A DNA stretch of 44,776 bases, from IMG/VR virus record IMGVR_UViG_3300048855_000198, positions 1 to 44,776 of that record; one strand, given 5' to 3'. The stretch is from a virus. Taxonomy: Duplodnaviria; Caudoviricetes. Positions 18,477-28,500 of the stretch are shown here, in pieces; the first letter of the stretch is position 1; the number at the start of each line of letters is the position of its first letter. Below the pieces are notes generated by a model. It was not told where the DNA came from and made no database searches. It saw nothing but the letters and a program-made list of their open reading frames with translations. Both the position numbers and the translations under genes were made by a program.

Positions 18477-19915
18477 TGAACGTGTTTGAGCGCTCAATCG
18501 CTGCGATCGCGCCGCGATACGCCGCCAAGCGGGCGTTCGCGCGGGTGCAGCTGGGCCAGGTGCGCCGCGTCGAAGGGGTGATGAAGCGGCTTCGCGAGGA
18601 CAACCCGTCGTTCGGCGTCAACACCGGCGATCCGAACGACGCGCGGCCCGCGCGCATCGTCGATCGTGCGGCTGTGCTGCGGCTTGCGTATCAGAACCCT
18701 TACGGCCGCAAGGCGATCCGGGCCCTGCTCAACGGCACAATCGGCTGGGGCATAACCGGCGCTCCCAAGGGGCCGAAAGCGGTGCAGGACCTGTGGACGC
18801 GATGGGTCAAGGTCAGCGACTTCCGCGGCCGCCTGAACTTTTACGGGCAGCAGGCGCTCGCCACCCGCACCATGTTCCGTGAGGGCGACGCCTTCATCGT
18901 CCGCCGGCTGGTGAAGGACGCCTCGGTCGTCCCGCTGCGCATCGACGTCCTCGACGGCGGCTTGCTCGACACCGGCAAAGTCGGTGACGATATCGAGGGC
19001 GGAATCGAATACGACGCCAACGGCAACGTCGCCGGCTACTGGTTCCTGCCCGCCCGATCGGACTATCGCCGCAGCCGACCGTCCTTCCGCGTACCCGCCG
19101 CGGACGTCATCCACCTCTATGAGCAGGAGGAAGCCGGACAGAAGCGTGGTCGGTCGGTCTTCGAACCGGTGATGAAGAAGCTCGGGGACATCGACGATGC
19201 CCTCGATGCCGATCTCGTTCGCCGCAAGATTGAGTCCTGCTTCGTCGGCTTCCGCCGTATCAATCCCGACTGGGTCGACGAGCCGTTCGGGCAGATCCAG
19301 TCGCGCGGCGAAGACTTGCCGCCGGTCGAATTCTTCGAGCCGGGCACCATGACGACGCTGGCGCCAGGCGAAGACGTTCAGTTCGCCGATCCCAAGCCGG
19401 CCGGCGGCCTCAACGACGCCGTGAAGATCAACCTGCTCGCCACGGCGGCGGGTGTCGGAGCCACCTACGAGCACGTCACTGGCGACCTCTCGAACGTCAA
19501 TTTCTCGAGCTACCGCGCCGGCGCCCTTGAATTCGACGCCACCAACGAGGAACGCCAGTTCAACACGATCATCCCCGTGTTCCTCGACCGGGTATGGGAC
19601 TGGTTCTGTCAGGCGGCCTACGAGTTCGGGAAGACGCGGGCGCCGTCCTACGAGATGCGCTGGACGCCGCCCCCGCGGAAGTCGATCGATCGCGAGGGCG
19701 ATGCCAAGGCCGACATCCTTGAAATGCAGGCGGGCCTAGAAAACCGCCGCAGCCTGCTCAACTCTCGCGGTATCGATCACGACACCTTCATGGCCGAGAC
19801 GCAGGCCGATCTGAAGAAGCAGCAGGATCAGGGGCTCTATTACAAGGGCGATCCCTTCACCGCTGCCCAGGCGGCTGCCGGCAACACCGACAGCGCAGCG
19901 CAAGGAACAACCTGA
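18476..19915 (+). CDS. Portal protein, lambda family
   Basis: GIEYD.NG, TGDLSNVNFSSYRAG motif. Confidence 0.93.
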   Translation: MNVFERSIAAIAPRYAAKRAFARVQLGQVRRVEGVMKRLREDNPSFGVNTGDPNDARPARIVDRAAVLRLAYQNPYGRKAIRALLNGTIGWGITGAPKGPKAVQDLWTRWVKVSDFRGRLNFYGQQALATRTMFREGDAFIVRRLVKDASVVPLRIDVLDGGLLDTGKVGDDIEGGIEYDANGNVAGYWFLPARSDYRRSRPSFRVPAADVIHLYEQEEAGQKRGRSVFEPVMKKLGDIDDALDADLVRRKIESCFVGFRRINPDWVDEPFGQIQSRGEDLPPVEFFEPGTMTTLAPGEDVQFADPKPAGGLNDAVKINLLATAAGVGATYEHVTGDLSNVNFSSYRAGALEFDATNEERQFNTIIPVFLDRVWDWFCQAAYEFGKTRAPSYEMRWTPPPRKSIDREGDAKADILEMQAGLENRRSLLNSRGIDHDTFMAETQADLKKQQDQGLYYKGDPFTAAQAAAGNTDSAAQGTT

Positions 19916-21897
19916 TGACCGCAATCGCCCCGGCCGCGGAGACGCGCGCCGTCAATGCGCCGACGATGCTCCGTGCAGCAGACGTTCGCCCCGCCTCCTA
20001 TCAGGAGGAGGACAATTCGATCGAGGTGGTCTGGTCGATTGGCGCGGCGGGGCTGCGCTTCGACTGGCTCGACGGTGGATATTACACCGAAGAGCTCTCG
20101 ATGGACGCAGGTGCAGTGCGCCTCGGTCGCCTCAACGCCGGTGCCTGTCTGCTCGACAGCCACAGCACGTACAGCCTTTCGAGCGTCCTCGGCTCGGTCG
20201 TTCCGGGCAGCGTGCGGATCGAAAATGGCGAGGGTCTGTGCCGCGTGCGGCTCGCGCGCACGCCGGACGTCGCCGACACCGTCGCCAAGATCATCGACGG
20301 CCACATTCGCTCGCTGAGCGTCTCGTACAACGTCTTCGAATTCCAACGCACCGAGCGCGAGGGGGAATATCCCCACATGCTCGCCACCGATTGGGAGCCG
20401 GTCGAGCTCTCGTTTGTGACGGTGCCCTTCGATGCCGCGGCGCAGGTGCGCCAGCGGAGTGCCGCGCAGGGCGGCGATCACCCCTGCACCATCCGCGGCG
20501 CCGCCGCTCCCAACCCGGAGAATGAAATGCCCGATCCCGTGATCGAGCCGGCGGCTGATCCCGCGCCGGCCACCCCGCCCGTCGCCGCGCCGCCGCCGGT
20601 ACCCGTCGTGGAGAACCGCTCCGCTCCGGTCATCACCGCCACCCGCATCTTCGAGCGCTGCGGACGCGCGCCGGACCTCGGCGATACGTTCGCGCGCGAA
20701 CTCATCGAGCGCAATGAAGCGACGCCGCTCACCGAGATCGATTTCGAGCGCGCCATCAGCGATCGCCTGATCGAAAGCCGTGCGCTGCCGAACATCGACG
20801 CCCGCGCCGGGCGCTCGGGCACCGAAAGCGAAGGCTATCGCCGCGCGATCGAGGCGGCAGTGGTGCTTCGCGCCGATCCCTCGGCCCAGGTGCCGGAAGC
20901 AGACGCCGCGGCGGCCCGCGAATTCCGCGGCATGTCGATGATGGAGATGGCACGCGATTACTGCCAGCGCACCGGTATCGGTGTGTTCGGCGGCAACAAG
21001 CTCGAGATCGCCGGTGCCGCGCTCGGCCTGCGCTATGGCGCCCACACCACCAGCGACTTCGCCAACGCACTGTCGAGCGCCGCGGGCAAGCGCGTGCGGG
21101 CCGCTTATGAGGCTGCACCGCAGACCTTCGGGCCGATCGTCTCGCGCGGCACTCTGCCGGACTTCAAGGACACCAACATCATCGGCCTGGGCGATGCGCC
21201 CTCGCTGCTGCTGGTCCGCGAGAACGCCGAATTCACCTACGGCGCCATGTCCGACACCGGCATGACCTACAGGCTGCAGACCTATGGCCGCATCATCGCG
21301 ATCACCCGGCAGGCGGTCATCAACGACGACAAGCGCCTCTTCTCGCGCATCCCGACTCAGTTCGGCTTCAAGGCGCGCGATCTGGAAAGCGACCTCGTCT
21401 GGGGGCTGGTCATCAGCAACCCGACGATGGCCGACGGCTATGCGCTGTTCTCGTCGCAGCACGGCAACCTCGGCACCGGTGCGGCAATCACCGTCTCCTC
21501 GGTCGCGGCGGGCCGCACCGCCATGGCGCAGCAGCGTTCGGCCGAAGGCGGCTTCATCACCGTCCGTCCGACCTACCTGGTCGTCGGCCCGGCGAAGCAG
21601 ACGGAGGCCGAGCAGTTCCTGACCGCGGTCGCCGCAACCCAGACGAACGCCGTCAACCCGTTCGCCGGCAAGCTGCAGCTGATCGTCGAGCCGCGGATCA
21701 CCGACAACAGCTGGTATCTGGTCGCCGATCCCAGCTCGATCGACACGATCGAACTGTCGCACCTCGAGGGTCAGGAGGGCGTCTTCATCGAGACGCAGGC
21801 CGGATTCGACGTCGACGGGATCAAGACCAAGGCTCGCCTCGACGTCGGCGCCGCCACGATCGACTTCCGCGGCTTCTACCGCAACCCCGGCAACTAA
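19915..21897 (+). CDS. Prohead protease / major capsid protein fusion
   Basis: N-terminal LLDSH, SLSVSY, ELSFVTVPFD protease motifs; C-terminal HTTSDF, TYGRII.ITRQA.INDD capsid motifs. Confidence 0.92.
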   Translation: MTAIAPAAETRAVNAPTMLRAADVRPASYQEEDNSIEVVWSIGAAGLRFDWLDGGYYTEELSMDAGAVRLGRLNAGACLLDSHSTYSLSSVLGSVVPGSVRIENGEGLCRVRLARTPDVADTVAKIIDGHIRSLSVSYNVFEFQRTEREGEYPHMLATDWEPVELSFVTVPFDAAAQVRQRSAAQGGDHPCTIRGAAAPNPENEMPDPVIEPAADPAPATPPVAAPPPVPVVENRSAPVITATRIFERCGRAPDLGDTFARELIERNEATPLTEIDFERAISDRLIESRALPNIDARAGRSGTESEGYRRAIEAAVVLRADPSAQVPEADAAAAREFRGMSMMEMARDYCQRTGIGVFGGNKLEIAGAALGLRYGAHTTSDFANALSSAAGKRVRAAYEAAPQTFGPIVSRGTLPDFKDTNIIGLGDAPSLLLVRENAEFTYGAMSDTGMTYRLQTYGRIIAITRQAVINDDKRLFSRIPTQFGFKARDLESDLVWGLVISNPTMADGYALFSSQHGNLGTGAAITVSSVAAGRTAMAQQRSAEGGFITVRPTYLVVGPAKQTEAEQFLTAVAATQTNAVNPFAGKLQLIVEPRITDNSWYLVADPSSIDTIELSHLEGQEGVFIETQAGFDVDGIKTKARLDVGAATIDFRGFYRNPGN

Positions 21898-21921
21898 GCC
21901 GACCCGAGAAAGGACCATACG

Positions 21922-22215
21922 ATGAAGATCGTGAACCTGATCGGCCCGGCAGTGATCGCCGGTGCCGTACGCTACCCGATCGAGGGTGCGCTTACCGTGA
22001 CCGACGCCGAGGCGGAGCAGCTGAAAGCCTCCGGCCGCCTCGACGGCGATCCGGAAGACCTGCCCGAGGAGGGCGAGCCGGAAGAGGACGACGGCCTCGA
22101 CGCGCTCAAGGGCGAGGAACTCAAGTCGCTCGCCGGTGACGAGGGCATCGACCTCGGCGGCGCCACCACCAAGGCGGCGATGGTCGCCGCGATCCGGGAG
22201 GCCCGGGCGGCCTAA
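21922..22215 (+). CDS. Small capsid-region protein with HeH/Rho-N-like C-terminus
   Basis: LDALKGEELKSLAGDEGIDLGGATTKAAMVAAI. Confidence 0.7.
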   Translation: MKIVNLIGPAVIAGAVRYPIEGALTVTDAEAEQLKASGRLDGDPEDLPEEGEPEEDDGLDALKGEELKSLAGDEGIDLGGATTKAAMVAAIREARAA

Positions 22216-22266
22216 CCCCAAACCGTCCCGCCCCGGCAGCGCCGGGGTCGGACAGGGAGATCCAGC

Positions 22267-22593
22267 ATGAAGAACTACGTGCAGAAGGGTCAGAACCTCA
22301 CTCTGACCGCCCCCCGCGCCCTGAACAGCGGCGACGGGTTCATCGTTGGCGCCATCTTCGCCGTCGCCTCGGCAGCGGCGGCCCAGGGCGCGCCCGTCAT
22401 CGGCGTCACCGAGGAGGTGTTCACGCTTCCGAAGGCGACCGGCGCCATCACCCAGGGGCAGCGCCTGTATTGGGACAACACGGCGTTCAACTTGACCACC
22501 ACAGCGACCAACAACACGCTGGTTGGCCCGGCCGTCCAGAACGCCGCCAGCGGCGACGCCACCGTCGCGGTGAAGCTCACCGGCCAGGTGTAA
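22267..22593 (+). CDS. DUF2190-family capsid cement/decoration protein
   Basis: MKNYVQKG...GVTEEVFTLPK...LYWD. Confidence 0.85.
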   Translation: MKNYVQKGQNLTLTAPRALNSGDGFIVGAIFAVASAAAAQGAPVIGVTEEVFTLPKATGAITQGQRLYWDNTAFNLTTTATNNTLVGPAVQNAASGDATVAVKLTGQV

Positions 22594-22596
22594 CCC

Positions 22597-22911
22597 ATGG
22601 ACCCGTTCGCCGCGGCGCTGGACGCGATCTTCTACGCGCCCGGCTCCGCGGCGGCGGTCTATATTCCCGAGCACGGTTTTCCGCGCGAAATCCGCGTGAT
22701 CCGAAGCCAGCCGGATGCCGATGCAAGGTTCGGCGATTCACAGATCATCCAGGCGACCAACCTGTTCGAGATCCGCAAGTCGGAGGTCGACCGGCCGGCG
22801 CACGGCGCGCGGCTGATGATCGGCGACGACGTCTATTCCATTCAGGGCGACGGGCGGCTCGATGTTGAGGGGCTGACGTGGACCGTCGGCGCGGAGCCCG
22901 ATGCGCGTTGA
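22597..22911 (+). CDS. Head-tail joining protein (FII-like)
   Basis: Position and size; P.HGARL.IG..YSI.G. Confidence 0.7.
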   Translation: MDPFAAALDAIFYAPGSAAAVYIPEHGFPREIRVIRSQPDADARFGDSQIIQATNLFEIRKSEVDRPAHGARLMIGDDVYSIQGDGRLDVEGLTWTVGAEPDAR

Positions 22912-23566
22912 TGTCGGCTTCGGCGACCTGCGGCTGCAACTGGACGGCATCGAAGGCGATATCGCCAAACTGGCCAGCGCCGCGATGCGCGAGACGACGC
23001 CGATCGCCAAGCAGGAGCTTCGCGCGCAGGTCACCAGCGCCGGCCTCGGCACGCGGCTGGCGAACACCTGGCGCAGCGAGGTCTATCCCCGGTCGAGCGT
23101 CAGCCTGAACCCGGGCGGCTATATCTGGTCGAATGCGCCGGATATCGTCGACAGCTTCAATCGTGGCGCCACGGTCCGGCCGGTCGGCAGCGCGAAATAC
23201 CTCTGGATCCCGACCAAGAACGTGCCTCGGGCGCGCGGTCGCGTGAACCGCCGCGGGCAGACCATCAAGGGCGGCGCGATGTCGCCCGAAGAGGTCGAGA
23301 ACGCCTTCAACAACGATTTCCAGATCCGGCGCGGGCGCGACGGTACCCTGCTCGCCTTCATTGACGTGATCCGGGCGCGCAACGGGCGCGGCTCGCGGAA
23401 CGCGACGACCGGACGCATCCGCCAAGGCCGCAAAGTCGCGCCCGTGCTCATGTTCGTCCTGCGCCGCACCGTCCGCCTCCCGAAACTGCTTGACATCGAG
23501 GCGGTCGCCGACCGCTGGGCCGACAGCTTCAGCGCTTCCTTCAGCCGGAGATTGGGTGAGCTATGA
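22901..23566 (+). CDS. Tail completion/neck protein (DUF6441-like)
   Basis: AGLG.RLANTWR, YLWIPT, MFVL motifs; position. Confidence 0.7.
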   Translation: MRVDVGFGDLRLQLDGIEGDIAKLASAAMRETTPIAKQELRAQVTSAGLGTRLANTWRSEVYPRSSVSLNPGGYIWSNAPDIVDSFNRGATVRPVGSAKYLWIPTKNVPRARGRVNRRGQTIKGGAMSPEEVENAFNNDFQIRRGRDGTLLAFIDVIRARNGRGSRNATTGRIRQGRKVAPVLMFVLRRTVRLPKLLDIEAVADRWADSFSASFSRRLGEL

Positions 23567-24003
23567 GCCATCGCCTCGACGTGCTGAAAGCGCTCAAGAA
23601 CGTGATCGCCGAGGCTCTCCCCGGCGCGCAGGTTATGGGTCTGGACGGCGACGAGGTCGCGCCGCAGCGCGTGCCGGACGGCGGGCGCGTCATCGTGCGC
23701 ACCGGCGACCCCGGTCAACCCGAGGTCGACTTATCACCAGCCCGCTACAACTACGATCACAGCATCCCGATCGAGGTCACCGCCTACAAGAGCGCCGGTC
23801 GCACCGCTGAAGAAGCGCTCGACGACATGCTGATGGCGATTGACGCGGCGATCGTTGCCGACCGGTTCCTCAGCGGCCTCTGCACCTACCTCGATGCCAT
23901 GGCGCCGGCGACCGACGACATCTTCACCGAAGGCGCCACCCCGCTGCGCGGCGCCGACCTCATGCTGGTCGCCAGCTACACCACCACCTCACCTCTCACC
24001 TGA
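23563..24003 (+). CDS. Tail terminator-like protein
   Basis: GDPGQPEVDLSP, DRFLSGL; immediately before the tail tube. Confidence 0.7.
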   Translation: MSHRLDVLKALKNVIAEALPGAQVMGLDGDEVAPQRVPDGGRVIVRTGDPGQPEVDLSPARYNYDHSIPIEVTAYKSAGRTAEEALDDMLMAIDAAIVADRFLSGLCTYLDAMAPATDDIFTEGATPLRGADLMLVASYTTTSPLT

Positions 24004-24016
24004 TCGGAGATAGCCA

Positions 24017-24982
24017 ATGGCTCTCACGCCTACCAAGCGGGCGCGCGGTTCGAATGCCAAGGTCATTGGCGCCTTCGAAACGACGCCGGGCAGCGTTCCT
24101 GCGACCAATGGCAGCTGGTTCAGCCTGCCGATCGTCAGCCACAGCCTGGGCGAAGAGCGTCCGCTGATCGCCAGCGACCTGCTCGGGCAGGGCCGCGAGA
24201 TGCAGGACCCGACGCCGGACGTAGCGACGAACGACGGCGACATCGTCGTGCCCGTCGACGCGCGTAATTTCGGTCGCTGGCTCAAGCTGTTCTTCGGCGA
24301 CCCGGTGACCACCGGCAACGCGACCGATGGCTATACCCACACCTTCACCTCGGGCGCGCAGGTGCTGCCCTCGATGTCGATCGAGGTCGGCTCGCCGGAG
24401 GTGCCCGCCTACACCGTCAACCGCGGCGCGCGCGGCAACCAGCTGCGCATCGGCATGTCGCGCTCGGGGCTGCTCAACGCCACCTGCAGCCTGATCTGCA
24501 TCGGCGAGACCGACCCGATCGCCACCAGCGCCGGCCCGGCCAGCCCTGCGGCGCTCGACACGGTCCGCTTCCCGCAAGCGACCGGCTACGTGAACAAGGG
24601 CAGTCAGGCGCTGGGCAGCGTCGTCGGTGCCGACTTCACCTTCTCGAACAACCTTGAGAAGGTCGAGACGATCCAGGCGGACGGCCGGATCGAGGACAGC
24701 GACGCCGGCATGGCACAATCGACCGGTTCGATCACGGTCCGCTTCGCCGACCTGACGCTGCTCGCCGCGGCAACCAGCGGGACGCCCGTCGACCTCGCGT
24801 TCGGCTGGTCGTTCGGCAATTACAGCCTCGTCTTCCTCGTCCCGCGCGTCTTCCTGCCGAAGCCGAAGCGTCCAGTCACCGGCCCGAACGGCATCCAGGC
24901 CCAGTTCAACTGGCAGGCGTCGCGCGGCACCGGCGGGTTCAGCACCCGCGCCGTCCTCAAGACCGACGTGGCGAGCTACTGA
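24017..24982 (+). CDS. Major tail tube protein
   Basis: RARG.N, FETTPG, LPSMSIEVG.PEVP, FSNNLE, GPNGIQAQF.WQA. Confidence 0.88.
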   Translation: MALTPTKRARGSNAKVIGAFETTPGSVPATNGSWFSLPIVSHSLGEERPLIASDLLGQGREMQDPTPDVATNDGDIVVPVDARNFGRWLKLFFGDPVTTGNATDGYTHTFTSGAQVLPSMSIEVGSPEVPAYTVNRGARGNQLRIGMSRSGLLNATCSLICIGETDPIATSAGPASPAALDTVRFPQATGYVNKGSQALGSVVGADFTFSNNLEKVETIQADGRIEDSDAGMAQSTGSITVRFADLTLLAAATSGTPVDLAFGWSFGNYSLVFLVPRVFLPKPKRPVTGPNGIQAQFNWQASRGTGGFSTRAVLKTDVASY

Positions 24983-25536
24983 TGCTCGTTGCTCGGCGGC
25001 CCGCGGGGCCGGAATGGAAGACCGTCATGGGCGCGCAGGTGCAGTTCGCGCCGATCGATCGCGCCGGCCTGCGCCGCGCGCGCCGCGCCGCGCTGGCGGT
25101 GCTCGGTCGTGACGAGCATGAGGGATCGGAAGCCGCATCGGCCGAAGAGCAGATGGCCGAGCTCGGCGACGCCCTCAGCCACGCGCTGCTGATGCAGGGC
25201 ATCACCGATTGGAAGGACGTCTGCCTGATGGCGGACGGTGACGACGCGGGGCCCGGCGAGTTGCTGGAATGCACCGATGAGAACAAGGCGCTGGTTCTCT
25301 CCGACCCGCTGACTTTCGAGGCATTCGACGCCGCCTACGTCATCCCCTTCGTGGTTCGCGAGCGGGCAAAAAACGCCTTCGCCGCCTCTCCGAGTGGCAT
25401 TGGGGCGGCGGCGACCGAGGGGAGCGATACTGCGCCCTCTCCTGTGACGCCGCAAGCAAAGGGCGGTGCGAAGCCTGCCCCTACCGGGCGGAAGCCGCGC
25501 AGGACGAAGACGCCGAAATCATCTGGGACGTCCTGA
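24982..25536 (+). CDS. Tail assembly chaperone (gpG-like)
   Basis: Between tube and TMP; contains the A AAA AAC slippery site. Confidence 0.8.
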   Translation: MLVARRPAGPEWKTVMGAQVQFAPIDRAGLRRARRAALAVLGRDEHEGSEAASAEEQMAELGDALSHALLMQGITDWKDVCLMADGDDAGPGELLECTDENKALVLSDPLTFEAFDAAYVIPFVVRERAKNAFAASPSGIGAAATEGSDTAPSPVTPQAKGGAKPAPTGRKPRRTKTPKSSGTS

Positions 25537-25715
25537 ACGCCTGCGACCGGCAGATCCGCACGGTCGGAATGGGGCAGCCGTTCGCCCTCGATTTCAATGC
25601 CGTGATGGCGATGGGCACCGCGCTCGGAGCCGACATGGAATTGCTCGCCGACGTCCTGCCGGCGGCTGAAGCTGCGATCATCGGCAACATGGTGCCCGAC
25701 GAGGCTCTCGACTGA
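25368..25715 (+). CDS. gpT-like -1 frameshift extension of the chaperone (G-T fusion 24982..25715)
   Basis: -1 frame is open from the slippery heptamer: KRLRRLSEWHWGGG..CEACPY..IWDVL..ALDFNAVM..LPAAEAAII..stop at 25715, just before the TMP RBS. Confidence 0.8.
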   Translation, partial: KKRLRRLSEWHWGGGDRGERYCALSCDAASKGRCEACPYRAEAAQDEDAEIIWDVLNACDRQIRTVGMGQPFALDFNAVMAMGTALGADMELLADVLPAAEAAIIGNMVPDEALD

Positions 25716-25725
25716 GGAGGATGGG

Positions 25726-28500
25726 ATGGGTCGAACCGTAGCAATCCGCCTCGGAACAGAGGGCAAGGCGCAGGTGAAGGCCGACTTCGTCGAAATCGGC
25801 GATACCGGTGACGCCACGGCCAAGCGCTGGTCGCGCTCGTTCGATTCCGCCACCAAGGATGTCGAGGCGGCGTTGCAGCGCCAGTCGAACGCCGCGGCCA
25901 AGCTCTCGATGATCACGCCGCAGTCTGCAACGCAGATGCGGATCAACGACACGAACAGCACCGGTTATGGCCAGCATGAGGGGTCTGCGCGCCAATCGGC
26001 CATGGCGTTCCGCGAACTGATCGCTGCGCAGGAGCAGATGGAGAACCGCGCGAATGCGTTGCGCGCGGCCATCGATCCGGCTTTCGCCGCGCAGCAGCGC
26101 TTCGATCGCGAGATCGCAGAAGCTCGCACGCTCATTTCGACGGGCGCGATCACGCTCGACGAATATTCCAAGCGGCACGTGCAGCTACAGCAGCAGATGA
26201 ACGTATCTGCCAAGGGGCTGCACAACCAGGCCGAGGCGAGTGGCGCGGCGAAGGCCGGCTATCAGCAGCTGAATTTCCAGCTGAGTGACATCGCGACGCA
26301 GTTTTCGTCGGGCACGCCCCCGATGCAGATCTTCGCGCAGCAGTCCGGTCAGCTGTTTCAGGCTCTCGGGCTGATCGCGTCTGGCGGTGCCGCGGCGGGC
26401 AAGGGTGTAGAGGCGGCGGCGAGCGCGTCCGAGGATTCCGCACCCGACATCGCCGGCTTCGGCGAGCAGGTTACGGGCGTCGCCGAGAAGGCGGAGGGCA
26501 TGACCGGCAAGCTGGGCGCCGTTGCGGGGTTCATGACGGGCCCGTGGGGGGCTGCCCTACTGGTCGGGATATCGCTCCTCACCCCCTTCATCGCCAAGCT
26601 GTTCGAGGGCAACAACGCGCTCGATGATGCCGTCGACAAGCTGAAAAAGGATGCAGAGGCTACTGAGGTCAACCGCCAGGCACAGCTTGCCTTTGCCAAG
26701 TCGGCGGAGGGCGTCGCCGCAGCGATCCGCGATAACACCGCGGCGGTGCAAACCTCGCTGGCAACACAGCGCACGGCTGCCGAGCAGAACAATATCAACG
26801 CTCGCGCCAATCTGGCCGAAGAGCTGTCCATTCGAGCAAAGACTCGCGCACGGCTCGAAGATGCTCGTGCGATGCTGCAGGCCGAAATCCGGGCCTCCCG
26901 CATGGGCGGAGAGCGCGGCGATGTCGCGACGATGGGGATTGCGAGCAAGCAGGCCGAGGTCGACGCAATTGACCAAGCTCTCACCGCGCAGAGCGCGGCG
27001 GTCGCCAAGGCTGAGGCTGCGCTCGGCCAATCCCGCATCGCACTCGCTGCAGAGCAGGGCAAAGAGGCGGCGCGGCTGGCAACTGATCCCATCGCACGCA
27101 TCAACAGACTATACGACGCCCAGATCGAGAAGCTGAAGGCGAGCAAGGCCGCGGCAGTCGCGAGGGGCGAAGCCGTTGGCGCAGCCTCAAAGGCTGAGTT
27201 CGACGCGATCGAACGCAATAGGCAGGCCGCCCTGAAAGCCGAGCAGGATCGGCAGAAAGCTGCCAACTCGACGAAGCGTGATCAGGAGACCCTGACCGCC
27301 AACTCGGTGGCCAGCATGCTGCGCGGCGCGCTGCCTGGTGTCCACGTCACCAGCACCACCGGCGGCAAGCATGTCGCGAACAGCTACCACTATCGCAACC
27401 AGGCAGTCGATTTCGTGCCGTCCGGCGGTATGCAGTCGATGACCAAGGCCGACGTCCGCAAGATCTTCGAATCTCGCGGCATCGACATAGTCGAACTCCT
27501 CGGCCCCGGCGACAAGGGCCACAGCGACCATTTCCACGTCGCGTGGACGAAGGGCAAAATGGCCCTCGACGAGTTCAAGGACGCCGCCAAGCGCGCCAAG
27601 GAAGCGGCGCGCGACGCGGAGGAGGCGAACGACAAGCTTAACGCCGACCTGCGCGAGGTGGTCGGGGCCTTTGATCCCGCGCGCGCAGCGGCTGATGCCT
27701 ATGCCGAATCGCTGGCCAAGATCGACACGCTGGTCAGCAAGGGCAAGCTGACGGTCGACCAGGGTAACGGCCTGCGCATGGCTGCCTACCATGCCGAGGC
27801 CAAGCGCATGGCCGATGAGAGTTACGAGACCTTCAAGAAGCTGTTCGGCACCGACGATCCCATGGCTGACGCGGTCGAGGGCGCTCGGCGGAACATCAGC
27901 AATCGGGTCGATCAGATGGCCGAGCAGGACGAAGCGAAGGTCAAGGTCGTCACGACGGCGCTCGACGAACTCCGCGGGTATGGCTCCGACTTCGTCAGCA
28001 CCGTGCTCAGCGAGGACACGTGGTCCAGCTGGGGGAACGCCGGCAAGACGATCCTGAACAGCCTCAAGAACGAGTTCATCACCCTCGCGCTGCTCAACCC
28101 GCTGAAGAACCTGATCAACGGCGACAAGGCGCTGCCGACCCTGTCCTCGGCGATTGGCAACATCGGCAAGCTGTTCAAGCCGGGCACGAACGCGGCCGGC
28201 ACCGAATATTGGTCGGGCGGCATGTCGCTGGTCGGCGAGAACGGACCCGAGATCGTCAGCATGCCTCGCGGGTCGCGCGTCACCACTGCGCAGGAGACGC
28301 GGCAGCTGTTCGCCAACGACAATCCCTCGCCCTCGGTCACGCACAACCACTTCTCGGGGAATCTCATGACGCCTGAGTTCTGGGAGCAGATCAACGCCGG
28401 GGATGCGGGTGCAGCGATGCAGGGCGCAGCGGGCGGCGCGGCTATGAGCCAGGCCGACGCAACCCGCGCCAGCGTTCGCCGGCTCGGGCGGTTCCGTTGA
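25726..28500 (+). CDS. Tail tape measure protein with internal M15-like peptidase domain
   Basis: 924 aa Ala-rich helical; QLSDIATQ...IFAQQSGQ TMP motif; LVGENGPE; SYHYRNQAVD...HSDHFHV. Confidence 0.92.
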   Translation: MGRTVAIRLGTEGKAQVKADFVEIGDTGDATAKRWSRSFDSATKDVEAALQRQSNAAAKLSMITPQSATQMRINDTNSTGYGQHEGSARQSAMAFRELIAAQEQMENRANALRAAIDPAFAAQQRFDREIAEARTLISTGAITLDEYSKRHVQLQQQMNVSAKGLHNQAEASGAAKAGYQQLNFQLSDIATQFSSGTPPMQIFAQQSGQLFQALGLIASGGAAAGKGVEAAASASEDSAPDIAGFGEQVTGVAEKAEGMTGKLGAVAGFMTGPWGAALLVGISLLTPFIAKLFEGNNALDDAVDKLKKDAEATEVNRQAQLAFAKSAEGVAAAIRDNTAAVQTSLATQRTAAEQNNINARANLAEELSIRAKTRARLEDARAMLQAEIRASRMGGERGDVATMGIASKQAEVDAIDQALTAQSAAVAKAEAALGQSRIALAAEQGKEAARLATDPIARINRLYDAQIEKLKASKAAAVARGEAVGAASKAEFDAIERNRQAALKAEQDRQKAANSTKRDQETLTANSVASMLRGALPGVHVTSTTGGKHVANSYHYRNQAVDFVPSGGMQSMTKADVRKIFESRGIDIVELLGPGDKGHSDHFHVAWTKGKMALDEFKDAAKRAKEAARDAEEANDKLNADLREVVGAFDPARAAADAYAESLAKIDTLVSKGKLTVDQGNGLRMAAYHAEAKRMADESYETFKKLFGTDDPMADAVEGARRNISNRVDQMAEQDEAKVKVVTTALDELRGYGSDFVSTVLSEDTWSSWGNAGKTILNSLKNEFITLALLNPLKNLINGDKALPTLSSAIGNIGKLFKPGTNAAGTEYWSGGMSLVGENGPEIVSMPRGSRVTTAQETRQLFANDNPSPSVTHNHFSGNLMTPEFWEQINAGDAGAAMQGAAGGAAMSQADATRASVRRLGRFR

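Noticed and set aside
19840-22674. 944-aa minus-strand ORF and similar long antisense ORFs (18494..19474, 27187..28350, 31578..32912)
   Set aside because: Shadow frames of high-GC structural genes; no motifs, and they lie opposite clearly recognisable capsid, portal and tail genes
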